This document shows positions 9,179-19,809 of a stretch of DNA of 64,000 nt, one piece after another. The stretch covers positions 160,001 to 224,000 of the forward strand of contig CBDFLQ010000006.1 of assembly GCA_965249275.1 (NCBI GenBank), written 5' to 3'. The DNA comes from Dehalococcoidia bacterium (GTDB lineage Bacteria; Chloroflexota; Dehalococcoidia; Plut-88900). The notes under the pieces were generated by a model, which searched no databases, was not told the DNA's origin, and saw nothing but the letters and a program-made list of their open reading frames with translations. Each line of letters begins with the position of its first letter. Positions within the stretch are counted from its first letter, which is position 1. The translations under genes were made by a program, and so were the position numbers.

Positions 9179-9658
9179 ATGGAGCAGCCCAACCCCATAA
9201 CCGAACTCACCTACGAAGACGCCCAGATCGGCTTCGCGTTCGCCCCCTACACCTTCCACGTCACCCGAGACCTCGTTGACCGCTTGGCTGACCTCCTCGA
9301 AGAAGACCTCTCCCTCTTCCGAGATTCCGACGCCGCCAAAAACGCCGGCTATTCACAAATCGTAGCTATGCCCGTGCTCATGAACTGCTACGCCCACTTC
9401 ATCGCCATCATGGATGGCGCAGGTTACCGACGCCCCGGCGAGTCATTCCACTCCCGTTCCGGCTTCACCTTCATCGCGCCCGTCTACCCCGGCGACACCA
9501 TCACCAGCAAGATGAAGATCGTCGACAAGTGGGTTAAGCGAGACCACCAGTACCTCGCATTCCGCATCGAGAGCCGTAACCAGAGCGGCGTCCTGGTGGC
9601 CGAGAAATACCACGCCAGCGTCTGGCCCAGCGAGAACACCGTCCGCCCGAGCCCCTAG
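9179..9658 (+). CDS. MaoC/hot-dog fold dehydratase family protein
   Basis: FTFIAPVYPGDTITS and SRNQSGVLVA motifs. Confidence 0.8.
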   Translation: MEQPNPITELTYEDAQIGFAFAPYTFHVTRDLVDRLADLLEEDLSLFRDSDAAKNAGYSQIVAMPVLMNCYAHFIAIMDGAGYRRPGESFHSRSGFTFIAPVYPGDTITSKMKIVDKWVKRDHQYLAFRIESRNQSGVLVAEKYHASVWPSENTVRPSP

Positions 9659-9674
9659 CCCCGAGGAGAGCGTC

Positions 9675-10109
9675 ATGGCCCAAGCCGGAGCGACTACCAT
9701 CCGAAAAGACGATACCGTCCCGACTCTCACCCGCACCATCACCGAGGAGATGGTCATCGCCTATGAAGATCTCTTCGAGAGAATAGCCGCCCGCAGCGAT
9801 TGGAGGGCCAGCTTCCACGCCGACCGTGAAGCCGCCTCCCAGACCATGTACCAGGAACCCATCGCCCAGGGCGTCCTCACCGAGGCCCTCTTCTCCGTCC
9901 TCCTCACCCGCTGGCTCCCCAATCCCAAGGGTTGGATCGAAGGCGGCACCCTCACCACTAAGTTCATCGCCCCCGTCTGGTACGGCGACACCCTAACCTA
10001 CCATGCAGAAGTCTCCGACATCGACGCCGCCACCGTCCACCTAAACATCTGGGCCAAAGACCAGAACGGCAAAAAAGTCATCGTCGGCGAAGCCTCCGCC
10101 CTCCTCTAA
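9675..10109 (+). CDS. MaoC family dehydratase
   Basis: FHADREAA...PIAQG, KFIAPVWYGDTLT and DQNGKKVIVGEA motifs. Confidence 0.82.
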   Translation: MAQAGATTIRKDDTVPTLTRTITEEMVIAYEDLFERIAARSDWRASFHADREAASQTMYQEPIAQGVLTEALFSVLLTRWLPNPKGWIEGGTLTTKFIAPVWYGDTLTYHAEVSDIDAATVHLNIWAKDQNGKKVIVGEASALL

Positions 10110-10129
10110 CCCACCTCCCTCCCTCCCCC

Positions 10130-10155
10130 GTAGGGGTAGATCTCGTGCCTACCCT
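10130..10155 (+). repeat. GTAG-type REP hairpin
   Basis: gtaggggtagatctcgtgcctaccct; same family as 63030. Confidence 0.55.
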
Positions 10156-10209
10156 CCCGGACCTTCTTCCACCCACCTCGCTCTCGGCAGACTCAACGCC
10201 AACTACCCT

Positions 10210-10236
10210 GTCATTCCGAGGCCACGCGAGGAATCT
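10210..10236 (+). repeat. GTCATTCCG...GGAATCT REP-like repeat
   Basis: gtcattccgaggccacgcgaggaatct; further copies at 407, 20549, 25374, 30046, 35165, 54978 and 56720. Confidence 0.85.
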
Positions 10237-10385
10237 AACGCCCTTCATTAACAATCTGTTTCAGGAAACCCCCTCACCGAATGGCCCCCGAATCCTCTCT
10301 TCCTCAACCAGTGTCCAGAGAGATCAGTAACACTCGTTCGGGGACATAGGTAACACATTCCATAGGGTCACGTTGCAATGCTCCT

Positions 10386-11579
10386 TCACGGAATAACCCC
10401 CTCCCCCTTCATCCCCTCAATCTCCTCCCAGGAATACCCATACTCCAGGAGCACCTCTTCCGTATGCTGCCCAGTCTCGGGCGCCGGCCCCCGAGCCCCA
10501 TTCTCCGTCGCACTGAACTTCACCGGAAAGTTAATCGTCCTGTACTCACCGAACTCCGGGTGCTCCAGCGTCTCAAAAGCCTCTATCGCCTCTGCCTGCG
10601 GGTCTTCCGCAACCTCCACCAGATTTTGAATCGGGGCCCAGATCACCTCGTTCTCGGTCAAAAGCGGCGCCCACTCATCCCGGGTCTTCGTCGCGAAAAT
10701 CTTGTCGAACAACGCGTTTAGCTCAACGCAATGTTCTAGAAGCCCTTCCACCGTGGAGTACTCCGGCACATTCTCCAGGTCGGCAAGCCCCAGGGCCCGA
10801 CACGTCCGTTGCCAGTAGGGGCAGGGATTTGGGTTCTCCAAGATCAACCACTTCCCGTCTTTTGCCTGGTACCAGTTCGTAATGGGGCTTTCATTCTCGT
10901 GGCGGTAGGGTCTGCGCTCAGCGTCTCGGCCATTCACCAACGTCCTCTGCAGGTCCGCCCCGATAACCCACAGACCAGTGCCGAAAAGCGACCCCGACAC
11001 CTCCTGCCCCTCCCCCGTCCTCTCCCGATAATACAGCGCACCCAGCACTCCCGCCAGCAAACCCAGAGAAGTGGAATGGTCCCCCATTCCGCCCCGCTGC
11101 AGGATGGGAGGTTCACCCGGCCATCCCATCAGGTTCATAATTCCCGACCGCGACCAAAACGCCCCGAAATCCATACCCAGCCTGTCATATTGTGGCCCCT
11201 TCTCCCCGTACCCCGTGAAGGAAACGTAGATAAGCCGGGAGTTGATGGCCTTCAAGTCTTCGTAGGTAACCCCAAACCTTCGCCTGCGCCTGGGCAGCAG
11301 GTTGGTCACGAACACGTCCACGCTCTTGGCAATCTTGTGCACTATCTCCTGCGACCGTGGATGACTCAGGTCCAGCGCTATGTCTCTCTTGCCCCGATTG
11401 TCCTGCTCGAAAGCATAGTTAACCGGGTCTCCTGCACGATACCCCCGCCACGGATCTCCCCTGTGAGGCTCGACCTTTATAACGTCGGCCCCCAGGTCAG
11501 ACAGCAGAGCCGCCGCCGCGGGCGCCGCAAGCCAGTTGGCTATTTCCAGGACCTTTATTCCATCAAGTATTCTGGTCAT
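10386..11579 (-). CDS. Family III CoA-transferase (CaiB/BaiF)
   Basis: LSDLGADVIKVE, NRGKRDI, SFTGYGEKGP and APETGQHTEEVL motifs. Confidence 0.93.
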   Translation of the reverse strand: MTRILDGIKVLEIANWLAAPAAAALLSDLGADVIKVEPHRGDPWRGYRAGDPVNYAFEQDNRGKRDIALDLSHPRSQEIVHKIAKSVDVFVTNLLPRRRRRFGVTYEDLKAINSRLIYVSFTGYGEKGPQYDRLGMDFGAFWSRSGIMNLMGWPGEPPILQRGGMGDHSTSLGLLAGVLGALYYRERTGEGQEVSGSLFGTGLWVIGADLQRTLVNGRDAERRPYRHENESPITNWYQAKDGKWLILENPNPCPYWQRTCRALGLADLENVPEYSTVEGLLEHCVELNALFDKIFATKTRDEWAPLLTENEVIWAPIQNLVEVAEDPQAEAIEAFETLEHPEFGEYRTINFPVKFSATENGARGPAPETGQHTEEVLLEYGYSWEEIEGMKGEGVIP

Positions 11580-11679
11580 AGGTTAGAGATGTCCGAGCCG
11601 CAAATGCCGGTCAAGTATAATGGCCTCGGCAAACGAGCGACAACGCGGACTCCGAGACCTCAGAAAGGGGCAGCCAGAC

Positions 11680-12777
11680 ATGCTAATAGACGGCCACGCT
11701 TACATATTCGAGCCCATGGACTCTGCCGCCGGATACCCGGCCATCGAGCAAAAGATGCGGGCCGTGCAGCAGGAGCTGTCGATCCACCACCAACCTGTCT
11801 GGCGAGTCCGGGACCGGGCCCGTGCCGACAACTCCGTCCTCGCCGACCCAGACTCCGGTGCCCTTCACGAGGTTTCCTGGGGCCGGGACAAGGACCGCCT
11901 GACCTGGACATATGAAGGTGAGACCTACACCAAGCAATACCTTCCCCCCATGCTCAACAACCTCGAAATGCCCGCTGAGCGCCTAATCGCCGAGATGGAC
12001 TACGCCGACGTCGATATAGCCATCCTTCACAACGCCTCCCACCTTGGCCGCAACAACAAGCTCCACTCCGAGGCCACCGCCCAATACCCAGACCGCCTCA
12101 AGAGCCTCATGCACGTGCCCGAGACCGACATCCCCTCCGACCCATCCGCCGCCCTACGGGAAGTCGAGCGTTGGCTTAACGCCGGGGGCGTCTGCGGCTT
12201 CCAGTTCTTCACCCGTTCCTACTGGGGCGGCGGCCGTGAAGAGAGCTGGAACATGGGCCCCATGCGAGAATTCTGGCGGGGCATCTCGAGACTGGGACTC
12301 CCCGTTTACTTCACCGTACAACCCAGGGCCGGGCTCGCCTTCGTAAAATCCGGCGCCGACAGTTACCTTCATGAACTCGACACCCTCCACGACTGGATGC
12401 AAGAGTATCCCGATCTCTCCGTCGTCCTCACCCACGGCCTCAGCTGGGGCAACTTCCGCCAGGACGACCGCATCATCCTCCCCAAAGCCGTTTGGCGTGT
12501 ATTCGAATCCGACAAATGTCACCTCCAACTCCTCTTCCCCATCCAACTCGGCGGCATCTGGCAGTACCCTTTCAAGAACGTCGAGCCAACCGTTGAAGAG
12601 ATAGTTCAACGCATCGGGTCCGACCACGTCATCTTGGGCACCGACTTACCCATGGTCGCCCGATTCTGGACCTACCGACAGACCATCGACCAGTACCGGG
12701 TCCACTGCCCCTTCCTTTCCGACGAAGACCGCGCCAATATCCTCGGCGCCACCGTCGCCCGAATTCACAACCTTTAA
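11680..12777 (+). CDS. Amidohydrolase family protein
   Basis: MLIDGHAY, VVLTHG and ILGTDLP motifs; ATG at 11680 after AAGGGG. Confidence 0.85.
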   Translation: MLIDGHAYIFEPMDSAAGYPAIEQKMRAVQQELSIHHQPVWRVRDRARADNSVLADPDSGALHEVSWGRDKDRLTWTYEGETYTKQYLPPMLNNLEMPAERLIAEMDYADVDIAILHNASHLGRNNKLHSEATAQYPDRLKSLMHVPETDIPSDPSAALREVERWLNAGGVCGFQFFTRSYWGGGREESWNMGPMREFWRGISRLGLPVYFTVQPRAGLAFVKSGADSYLHELDTLHDWMQEYPDLSVVLTHGLSWGNFRQDDRIILPKAVWRVFESDKCHLQLLFPIQLGGIWQYPFKNVEPTVEEIVQRIGSDHVILGTDLPMVARFWTYRQTIDQYRVHCPFLSDEDRANILGATVARIHNL

Positions 12778-12802
12778 ATACAACATCCTCCGGAGGACAC
12801 CT

Positions 12803-13972
12803 ATGAACAATGGCTTCAAAGTCATGGACAGCGACATCCACGTCTCCGAGCCCCCCGACCTGTGGATCGACTACATCGACCCCGCCTTCCGAGGCGTTGC
12901 CCCGCGCAAGATGTCCATGAACGGCCGCTCCGAGACCTGGCACTGCCTTGGCAAGCCTCTCCCCGCCTTTATCGACAGGCCCGAACGCCAGCGTGGCCTC
13001 GATATCCGCAACGAGATCGCCCGTCAGAAAGCTGAAAGCGAAGGGATATACCAGGTCGACAAGCACGAGTCGGGCAGCCCGGGCGTTGAGGAGGAAGAAG
13101 GCTCCCGCCCTGAGCACATGCTCGAAGCTGTCAAGGTGGAAGGCTTGGATGCGGCCGTCTGTTTCCGTACCATGGCTGCCCACGTCATCGGCATCGACGA
13201 CATGGACCCCAATATCGCCGCCGCCATATGCCGGGCCTTCAACCGCTGGCTTCGGGACTACTGCGATGCGGATCCATCCGTCCTCAAGCTCGGCGCCCTC
13301 GTTCCCATGCACGACGTCAACCTCGCTATCCAGGAAGCCGAGTTCGCGGTCAACGAGCTCGGTGCCGTGACTCTCGTCCTACCCAGTAACCCAGTCCGCG
13401 AACTCCCCTGGTACGACCCCTCCTACGAACCATTCTGGGCCGCCGCCCAATCTCTCGGAGTCCCTGTCTCATTCCATGGCATCCAGATGGCCTACCAGGA
13501 CCACCTTGCCAGGCGTTACATGGACAACCACGCACTGGGCCACTCCGTCGCCCACCCCGTCGAAATGATGTGCACCCTCGGTGCAATGATCACCGGCGGT
13601 GTCCTCGAAAGAATGCCCACGCTTAAGGCCGCCTTCCTGGAGGGCCACAGCAGCTGGGTGCCATGGTGGCTCTACTGCCTCGACGAGCACGAGGAAATGA
13701 TGGGCGACAAAGACCGCTTCGGCCTCACCCGTGCCCCGAGCGAGTACTTCCTCGAACGCTGCTTCGTCTCCGTTGACCCCGACGAGGCACTCGTCAAATA
13801 CACCATCCAGGCCATCGGGTCCAAAAATCTCGTCATCTCCACCGACTGGCCCCACAACGACTCCGCCTATCCCCATGCCATCGAGACCTTCCTCTCCCTC
13901 GAAGACGTCCCCGAGTCCAGCCAGCGAGAAATCCTCTGGGACAACTGCGCCCGCCTGTACAACATCTCGTGA
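12803..13972 (+). CDS. Amidohydrolase family (Amidohydro_2) protein
   Basis: MDSDIHV, PVSFHG, AFLEG, STDWPHND and ILWDNCARLY motifs. Confidence 0.9.
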   Translation: MNNGFKVMDSDIHVSEPPDLWIDYIDPAFRGVAPRKMSMNGRSETWHCLGKPLPAFIDRPERQRGLDIRNEIARQKAESEGIYQVDKHESGSPGVEEEEGSRPEHMLEAVKVEGLDAAVCFRTMAAHVIGIDDMDPNIAAAICRAFNRWLRDYCDADPSVLKLGALVPMHDVNLAIQEAEFAVNELGAVTLVLPSNPVRELPWYDPSYEPFWAAAQSLGVPVSFHGIQMAYQDHLARRYMDNHALGHSVAHPVEMMCTLGAMITGGVLERMPTLKAAFLEGHSSWVPWWLYCLDEHEEMMGDKDRFGLTRAPSEYFLERCFVSVDPDEALVKYTIQAIGSKNLVISTDWPHNDSAYPHAIETFLSLEDVPESSQREILWDNCARLYNIS

Positions 13973-13983
13973 GTTAAACCTTC

Positions 13984-14967
13984 TTGCTGAATAAAGCCGG
14001 GATTACCGTCACGTCCGTAGTACTCGCCGTCCTGCTGATGTGTATCGCCTGTGGCCCGACACCCCCCACCCTCCCCCTCCTCGACGCCATAGACCAGGAG
14101 GATACGGATGTCGTCCGGGCCCACATGGAGATCGGCACAGACCCCGACAAGACATTCATCCCTCCGGGCATCCCATTCACCGGGGCCTCGGCCCTCCACG
14201 TTGCAGTCCTTAAGGACAACCGAGAAATAGTCCAACTCCTCCTCGATAACGGCGCAGACATCGATATAAGGGCGCTGGACGATTCCGAGGGCTCACCTCT
14301 CGAATGGGCGGCCTACTTCGGGCTCAATGACATGGCCGTCTTCCTCGTAGAGTCTGGGGCAGACATCAACGCCAGAAACGCTTACGGCACCACGCCCCTT
14401 GACGCCGCTTATGCCAACAACCCCTTCATCCCCGAAGAGGATCGCAACCGGTTCAACGCAAACCGCGACCTCATAAGTGCATATCTGATTGAGGAGGGCG
14501 CCGAGTCCACCACCCCGGTCCTCACCCTCCTGGACGCCATCGATCAGGGCAACGCAGACGCCATACTGGCTCACATGGAGTCCGGCACGAACCCCGACAA
14601 TATCTTCATCCCGCCGGGACTTCCCTTCGCCGGCGCCTCAGCCCTCCACGTCGCAGTCCTTAAGGATAACTAGGAGATGGTCCAACTCCTCCTCGACAAC
14701 GGTGCCGACATCGAAATAAGGGCATTGGACGAGTTCAAAGGCTCCCCTCTGGAATGGGCTGCCTTCTTCGGCCTCAAGAACATGGCCGTATTCCTGGTAG
14801 AGTCCGGCGCCGGCATCAACTCCAAGAACGCCTACGGCACAACCCCCCTCGACGCCACCTCCTCCGACAACCCCTTTATCCCCGAAGAGGACCGCAAGCA
14901 GTTCGACGAAAATCGCTTCTTCCTAAGGCAATACCTCTCCGAAAAAGGCGCCCAGTCCGGCCGGTAA
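13984..14967 (+). pseudogene. Ankyrin-repeat lipoprotein with a 450-nt internal duplication, interrupted by an in-frame TAG at 14671-14673
   Basis: ORFs 13984-14673 and 14677-14967 share one frame; ankyrin motifs ALHVAV, SPLEWAA and TPLD; lipobox-like CIAC. Confidence 0.8.
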
Positions 14968-14977
14968 ACCCCACCCC

Positions 14978-15889
14978 CTACCGCCCACCAAACAGCGGAA
15001 TAACCTCCCGCGCAATCCTCTCCGGCATCTCAGCCGTCACTTCCTCCGGCCCTGACGGACTGAATATGAAGTGCTCCACCCCCGCATCCCGGTACTCTCC
15101 CATCCGAGCCACAATCTCCTCCGGCGTCCCCAAAAGCGCGTACCTTCGCACGATGCTGTCGAATGACTGGCCGTAGTCACCACCCAACGCCTGGCTCGAC
15201 ATCCGGGCTGCTTCGTCATAGCTGTCGTCTATACATATGGGGACCCACACCGTCGGCTCTATCTCCTTCGGGTCCCGGCCTGCGCCCTCTGCGATCTCTA
15301 TAATCTGCTCCCACCCCTCTTTGAACAGCTCTGGCGAATACATATACGGAATCCACCCATCGCCGTACAGTGCCGTCCTCCGCACCGACTTCCTCCGCCC
15401 CCCGACATAAATCGGCGGATGGGGTTTCTGCACCGGTTGCGGTTTCAGCCCCACGTCTTCCAGTTGATAAAACCGCCCGGAAAACGTCACTGACTCCTCA
15501 GTCCACAGCCGTTTCATTAGCCGCATGATCTCGTTGGCCCGCGGCCCTCGCTCATTCACCGGCACACCCATCGCCTCGAACTCTTTCGTGTATTCCCCCC
15601 CAATCCCGATCCCGAACTTCACCCTCCCCCCCGATAGGTGGTCCAGCGTGGTCACCGCCTTGCACATCAGTATCGGGTGCTTCAGAGGGATCAGCACTAT
15701 TGCCGTGCCCAACTCGATGCGTTCCGTCACCGCCGCCGCGGCCGCCATCTGCATCAGGCTGTCCTGGATCGGGTGCCGCCACACGACGTGCTCCCCCGCC
15801 CACACCGAGTCGAAGCCAAGGTCCTCGGCCTTGCGCGCCTGCCCCGCCGGGTCTCCCCCACTCTCCTTAAGCGTAATCCCGAATTTCAT
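14978..15889 (-). CDS. LLM-class flavin-dependent oxidoreductase
   Basis: GFDSVWAGEH, TERIELGTA, LDHLSGGR and PVQKPHPPIYVGG motifs. Confidence 0.92.
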   Translation of the reverse strand: MKFGITLKESGGDPAGQARKAEDLGFDSVWAGEHVVWRHPIQDSLMQMAAAAAVTERIELGTAIVLIPLKHPILMCKAVTTLDHLSGGRVKFGIGIGGEYTKEFEAMGVPVNERGPRANEIMRLMKRLWTEESVTFSGRFYQLEDVGLKPQPVQKPHPPIYVGGRRKSVRRTALYGDGWIPYMYSPELFKEGWEQIIEIAEGAGRDPKEIEPTVWVPICIDDSYDEAARMSSQALGGDYGQSFDSIVRRYALLGTPEEIVARMGEYRDAGVEHFIFSPSGPEEVTAEMPERIAREVIPLFGGR

Positions 15890-15905
15890 CGTCGCCGCCC
15901 GCCCC

Positions 15906-17270
15906 CTACCCCAGCTCCGAGCTCACGTCGCTCAGAATCTCGTTCAGGTTGCTGACTATGTAGTCCACCTCATCCCTTGTGACACACAGTGGAGGACTCA
16001 GGAAAATCAGGTTGCCCCGCTGCCGAGTCAGGATGCTGTGCTTCAGGAAGCCCTTGGTCAACTTCTCACCTAGCCCCGAGTCTTCGGCAAACTTCTCCTT
16101 CGTGTTCCGGTCCTTCACTATCTCCACCGCCGCCAGAAGCCCGAGACCCCCCCGCACGTCCCCGACTATCGGGTGCTCGTACAAAGTCTGAAGCTGCTCG
16201 TACATGTAAGTCCCCATATCCGCGGCGTTCTGCACCAGCCCCTCGCCTTCCAGGATGTCCAGGTTCGCTAACGACGCCGCACATGACACCGGGTGACCGC
16301 CGAACGTCAGAAGGTGCTTGAACGTCTTGTCCTCACCCCCGATGAACGTGTCGGCTACCGACTTCCGCGCCACCGCCGCCCCTATGGGCAAGTAGCCGCT
16401 CGAAAGGCCCTTGGCCATCGTCATTATGTCCGGCTGCAGGTCCCAGTGCTCCGACGCGAACATTTTCCCCGTCCGTCCAAACCCCGTGATCACCTCGTCG
16501 ACGATGAGAAGCACGCCGTATTTGTCGCATATCTCCCTGATCGTTGGCCAGTATTCGGGGTGCGGCACCATCATCGTAGCCGCCGAAATCGGCTCCGCGA
16601 TAATCGCCGCTACCGTTTCCGGCCCCTCGTGCAGTATCGCTCTCTCGAAGTCCCTGGCACACTCCACGTTACACTCACCGGCCATACTGCAGAACTGGCA
16701 CCGGTAGTTGTTCGGCTGGGAAACGTGAATGTTCCCCGGGATCAGAGGCCCGAATCCGCTTGTGCCGGGGTATCCTCCCAGGCTCATCAGCGCGAACGTA
16801 GCCCCATGGTAGGAGTTCTGGCGGCTGATGATCTTGTACCGACCCTTGTCGCCCCTGACCTGGTGGTACGCCTTCGCCATCTTCAGTGCTGACTCCACCG
16901 CCTCCGATCCACCGCTCACCATAAACACACGAGACTCCTTGTCCCGTGACAAGCTAGCCAGCCTTGTGGCCAGCTTAAGCGCCGGAACGTTGGTAGTGTT
17001 CTCCGGCGAGTATGTGATGTGTTGCATCTGCTCATACACCGCGTCGGCTATCTCCGTCCGGCCGTATCCAATATTCTTCAGCCACATCCCCGACAGCACG
17101 TCGATGTATTTCCTGCCCTCGGTGTCCTCCACCCAGCACCCCTTCCCGTCTGCCATCACGTGGAGTCCGTCCTCCTTGTCGAAGTCGGCTACCTGCTGAG
17201 AGTGAGGCCAGAAGTGATCGCGGGCCATTTTTTTCAGCTCGTCTGCGCTGGGGGATTGGATAGACGCCAT
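15906..17270 (-). CDS. Class III PLP-dependent aminotransferase
   Basis: SGGSEAVE, SYHGAT, DEVITGFGRTG and MAKGLSSGYLP motifs; ATG at 17270 after AAGGAG. Confidence 0.93.
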   Translation of the reverse strand: MASIQSPSADELKKMARDHFWPHSQQVADFDKEDGLHVMADGKGCWVEDTEGRKYIDVLSGMWLKNIGYGRTEIADAVYEQMQHITYSPENTTNVPALKLATRLASLSRDKESRVFMVSGGSEAVESALKMAKAYHQVRGDKGRYKIISRQNSYHGATFALMSLGGYPGTSGFGPLIPGNIHVSQPNNYRCQFCSMAGECNVECARDFERAILHEGPETVAAIIAEPISAATMMVPHPEYWPTIREICDKYGVLLIVDEVITGFGRTGKMFASEHWDLQPDIMTMAKGLSSGYLPIGAAVARKSVADTFIGGEDKTFKHLLTFGGHPVSCAASLANLDILEGEGLVQNAADMGTYMYEQLQTLYEHPIVGDVRGGLGLLAAVEIVKDRNTKEKFAEDSGLGEKLTKGFLKHSILTRQRGNLIFLSPPLCVTRDEVDYIVSNLNEILSDVSSELG

Positions 17271-18088
17271 AACACGACTCCTTTGGAGAGCATTCCTGAG
17301 ACTTGTGGGTAACGGGCACAGCCCCAACTAATCGGGGCCTCTGGCCTCGATTCTATACCCGCCCGCGAGGCTCGGTCAAACCTGTGTACTCGTTCGGTAG
17401 ACTAGCGACGCGCCGGGTTTTATTCAGTCCTCCTGAGGCGGATCTTCGATTGTGGGGTTTTGGGTGTTGGTTGTTTTGTTGGGGGGGGGGGTGGCGATGG
17501 AAGACGCCCATTTGGCAGAGCTGCTTGTTCGTGGACTTGCAGCCATCATGCCCTGATGCTAGATGGTATACACGGACAATTCTCGGGCCAGACGTCCGGC
17601 AGAGGCTCCTTATGGGGGCTGTATGCACGTGGGGGCATGTCGGGGCCAGGTATCCAGCTGTGCGAGGCCCCACAGCCTAACTAATAGTGTCCAAGTTCGC
17701 CGGAAAAGGACAGGAGCGAATATCCTCCGGGCACCCCCGCGCGGTAGCGCCAATCTCCAGCAATGCGGCCCGACGTTCGAGACGGTTCTCCATGGGGGTT
17801 ATGCGGTCCGCGGAGTGTATGCTCGGGTCACCCTTGATGCAATCTCCCGTACAGGGAGCAGAGTGGGAGCGTGAAGGCCAGGGCGTCTTTCCATCGCCTG
17901 ATGATCAGGGAAGGGGGCACGGGACCCGGTGGGGATGAGGAGATGGCGCCGGTCGCTTGTGCCGCGGGCCCCGTGTATGGGCCGTTGGGATGGGCTGGGG
18001 CGTTGAGTCCTCGGGTGGGTCGGGTGGGCTTCCCTAGTTTTTGGTTCCTCCTTAAGGTGGTTGGGTTAGGTGGTCCAGACCTGACTAC

Positions 18089-18118
18089 AATATAGAACAT
18101 AAGTACTTAACATGTCAA
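18089..18118 (-). promoter_or_regulatory. Sigma70 promoter with overlapping LexA (SOS) box
   Basis: Minus strand TTGACA-18 nt-TATATT; GAAC-ATAA-GTAC at 18095-18106 has one mismatch to GAAC-N4-GTTC. Confidence 0.7.
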
Positions 18119-18331
18119 GAGGGTGATGCACTCCTCTATGTGAACGGGTTCAACCTGCTCCTCTCCTACCCCCTCTCCCTCATCCCCGTGCCCCGACATG
18201 TGAATCCATTCCACGGGCGGGGCCGCTCACTTGGTCATCCTTAGTCTGCTAAACGTTACAATTCCATTACATTGTTGGTGTTTCAGATAAACCTGCTGGG
18301 GTGTATTGAGGAACGGCGCTTCTCCCCGTCA

Positions 18332-18361
18332 TTGTCCCTCTATCCTTCCCTGTGATATACT
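18332..18361 (+). promoter_or_regulatory. Extended -10 promoter of the rpsB operon
   Basis: TTGTCC-18 nt-TATACT with TGTGA immediately before the -10, 50 nt upstream of rpsB. Confidence 0.55.
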
Positions 18362-18411
18362 CGCAGACGCTAATTTTAAGGCTATACGGGAAGGGAAAGA
18401 GCAACCTAAAC

Positions 18412-19302
18412 ATGGTACAAGAGACCGTAACGGAAGCACCAGCGGAAGCACAGGTAGAAGCGCCTCACCCCCAGGAGCAACGCCCTCCCGAGCCCGTGCC
18501 CGTAACCATGAAGCTGCTTCTCGAATCAGGCGTGCATTTCGGCCATCAGACCCGCCGTTGGCATCCCAAGATGAAGCGCTACATCTTCACCCAGCGCAAC
18601 GGCATCCACATCATCGACCTTCAGCAGACCATTACAATGCTCGACGACGCCTGCGATTTCATCCGCTCCATCGTCCTTGAAGGTGGCGAAATCCTCTTCG
18701 TCGGTACCAAGAAACAGGCCCAGGACGTAATACAGGAAGCGGCAGGCCGCTGCGGAATGCACTACGTCAACATACGTTGGCTCGGTGGCACCCTGACCAA
18801 CTTCAACACCATCCAGTCCCGCATCGACCACCTGGTTCGACTCGAAGACCAGAAGGAGAAGGGCGTATTCGAGTCCCTCCCCAAGAAGGAGGCGCAGAAG
18901 CTCGAGGACAAGATCGTCCGTATGAACCGGCTCCTCGGCGGCATCAAGGAGATGACCAAGCTCCCCGACGCCGTATTCATCGTCGACCCCGGCAAGGAGG
19001 ACATCGCCGTCAAGGAGTCCCGACGCGTTGATGTCCCCCTCGTAGCCATCGTGGACACGGACTGCGATCCTAATCTCATCAACCGCCCGATCCCCGGCAA
19101 CGACGATGCCATACGTTCCATCAAGCTCATCAGCGGCAAAATCGCCGACTCCGTCCTCGAAGGCATCCAACTTCGCCAGAGGCTCGCCGAAGAGCAGCAG
19201 AAGGCCTACGAAGAGGCCATGGTCGAGCCGGAAGACGTTTCCCAGACCTTCGTATCCGAATCCGAACTCCAGGACCCTGCCCCGTCCACCCCTCAGGAAT
19301 AG
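18412..19302 (+). CDS. rpsB: 30S ribosomal protein S2
   Basis: [24 protein letters not shown] and PGNDDAIRS motifs. Confidence 0.98.
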   Translation: MVQETVTEAPAEAQVEAPHPQEQRPPEPVPVTMKLLLESGVHFGHQTRRWHPKMKRYIFTQRNGIHIIDLQQTITMLDDACDFIRSIVLEGGEILFVGTKKQAQDVIQEAAGRCGMHYVNIRWLGGTLTNFNTIQSRIDHLVRLEDQKEKGVFESLPKKEAQKLEDKIVRMNRLLGGIKEMTKLPDAVFIVDPGKEDIAVKESRRVDVPLVAIVDTDCDPNLINRPIPGNDDAIRSIKLISGKIADSVLEGIQLRQRLAEEQQKAYEEAMVEPEDVSQTFVSESELQDPAPSTPQE

Positions 19303-19305
19303 ACA

Positions 19306-19809
19306 ATGCCAATTTCAACCGATTCCATTAGAGATCTCCGGGAGCGTTCCGGGGCCGGTATCATGGACTGTAAGCGTGCCCTCGAAGCGACCGATGGCGC
19401 GATAGAAGCAGCCGAAAAGCTCCTCGCCCAGAAGGGCCTCGCCGTCGCCTCTAAGAAAGCGGGCCGCACCGCCGGTCAGGGTCTCGTAGACTTCTACGTC
19501 CACTCCGGTGGCAAGCTCGGCGCCATGGTCGAAGTAAACTGCGAGACAGATTTCGTCGCCAGGACTGACCAGTTCAAGTCCCTGGCCCACGATCTCGCGA
19601 TGCAAGTCGCTGCCATGAATCCCCAATTCGTCCGTGCCGACGAAATCCCCGAGGATTCCGCCTACTCTCCCGACGAAGCCGCCCTCCTTTCCCAGACCTT
19701 CATCAGAGACCCCTCCAAGACTGTCCAGGACCTCGTCAACGAGACCATAGGCCAAGTCCGCGAGAATATCCAGGTACGCCGCTTCACCAGGTTCGAGATC
19801 GGTAAGTGA
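19306..19809 (+). CDS. tsf: Elongation factor Ts (short form)
   Basis: [26 protein letters not shown] and RRFTRF motifs. Confidence 0.97.
   Translation: MPISTDSIRDLRERSGAGIMDCKRALEATDGAIEAAEKLLAQKGLAVASKKAGRTAGQGLVDFYVHSGGKLGAMVEVNCETDFVARTDQFKSLAHDLAMQVAAMNPQFVRADEIPEDSAYSPDEAALLSQTFIRDPSKTVQDLVNETIGQVRENIQVRRFTRFEIGK

Noticed and set aside
14671-14673. Pyrrolysine codon as a firm call
   Set aside because: No pyl genes in the window; a point mutation or sequencing error is simpler.
17303-18100. Several overlapping 70-125-aa ORFs
   Set aside because: No motifs, no RBS-start pairing and mutually overlapping; treated as non-coding or decayed sequence.
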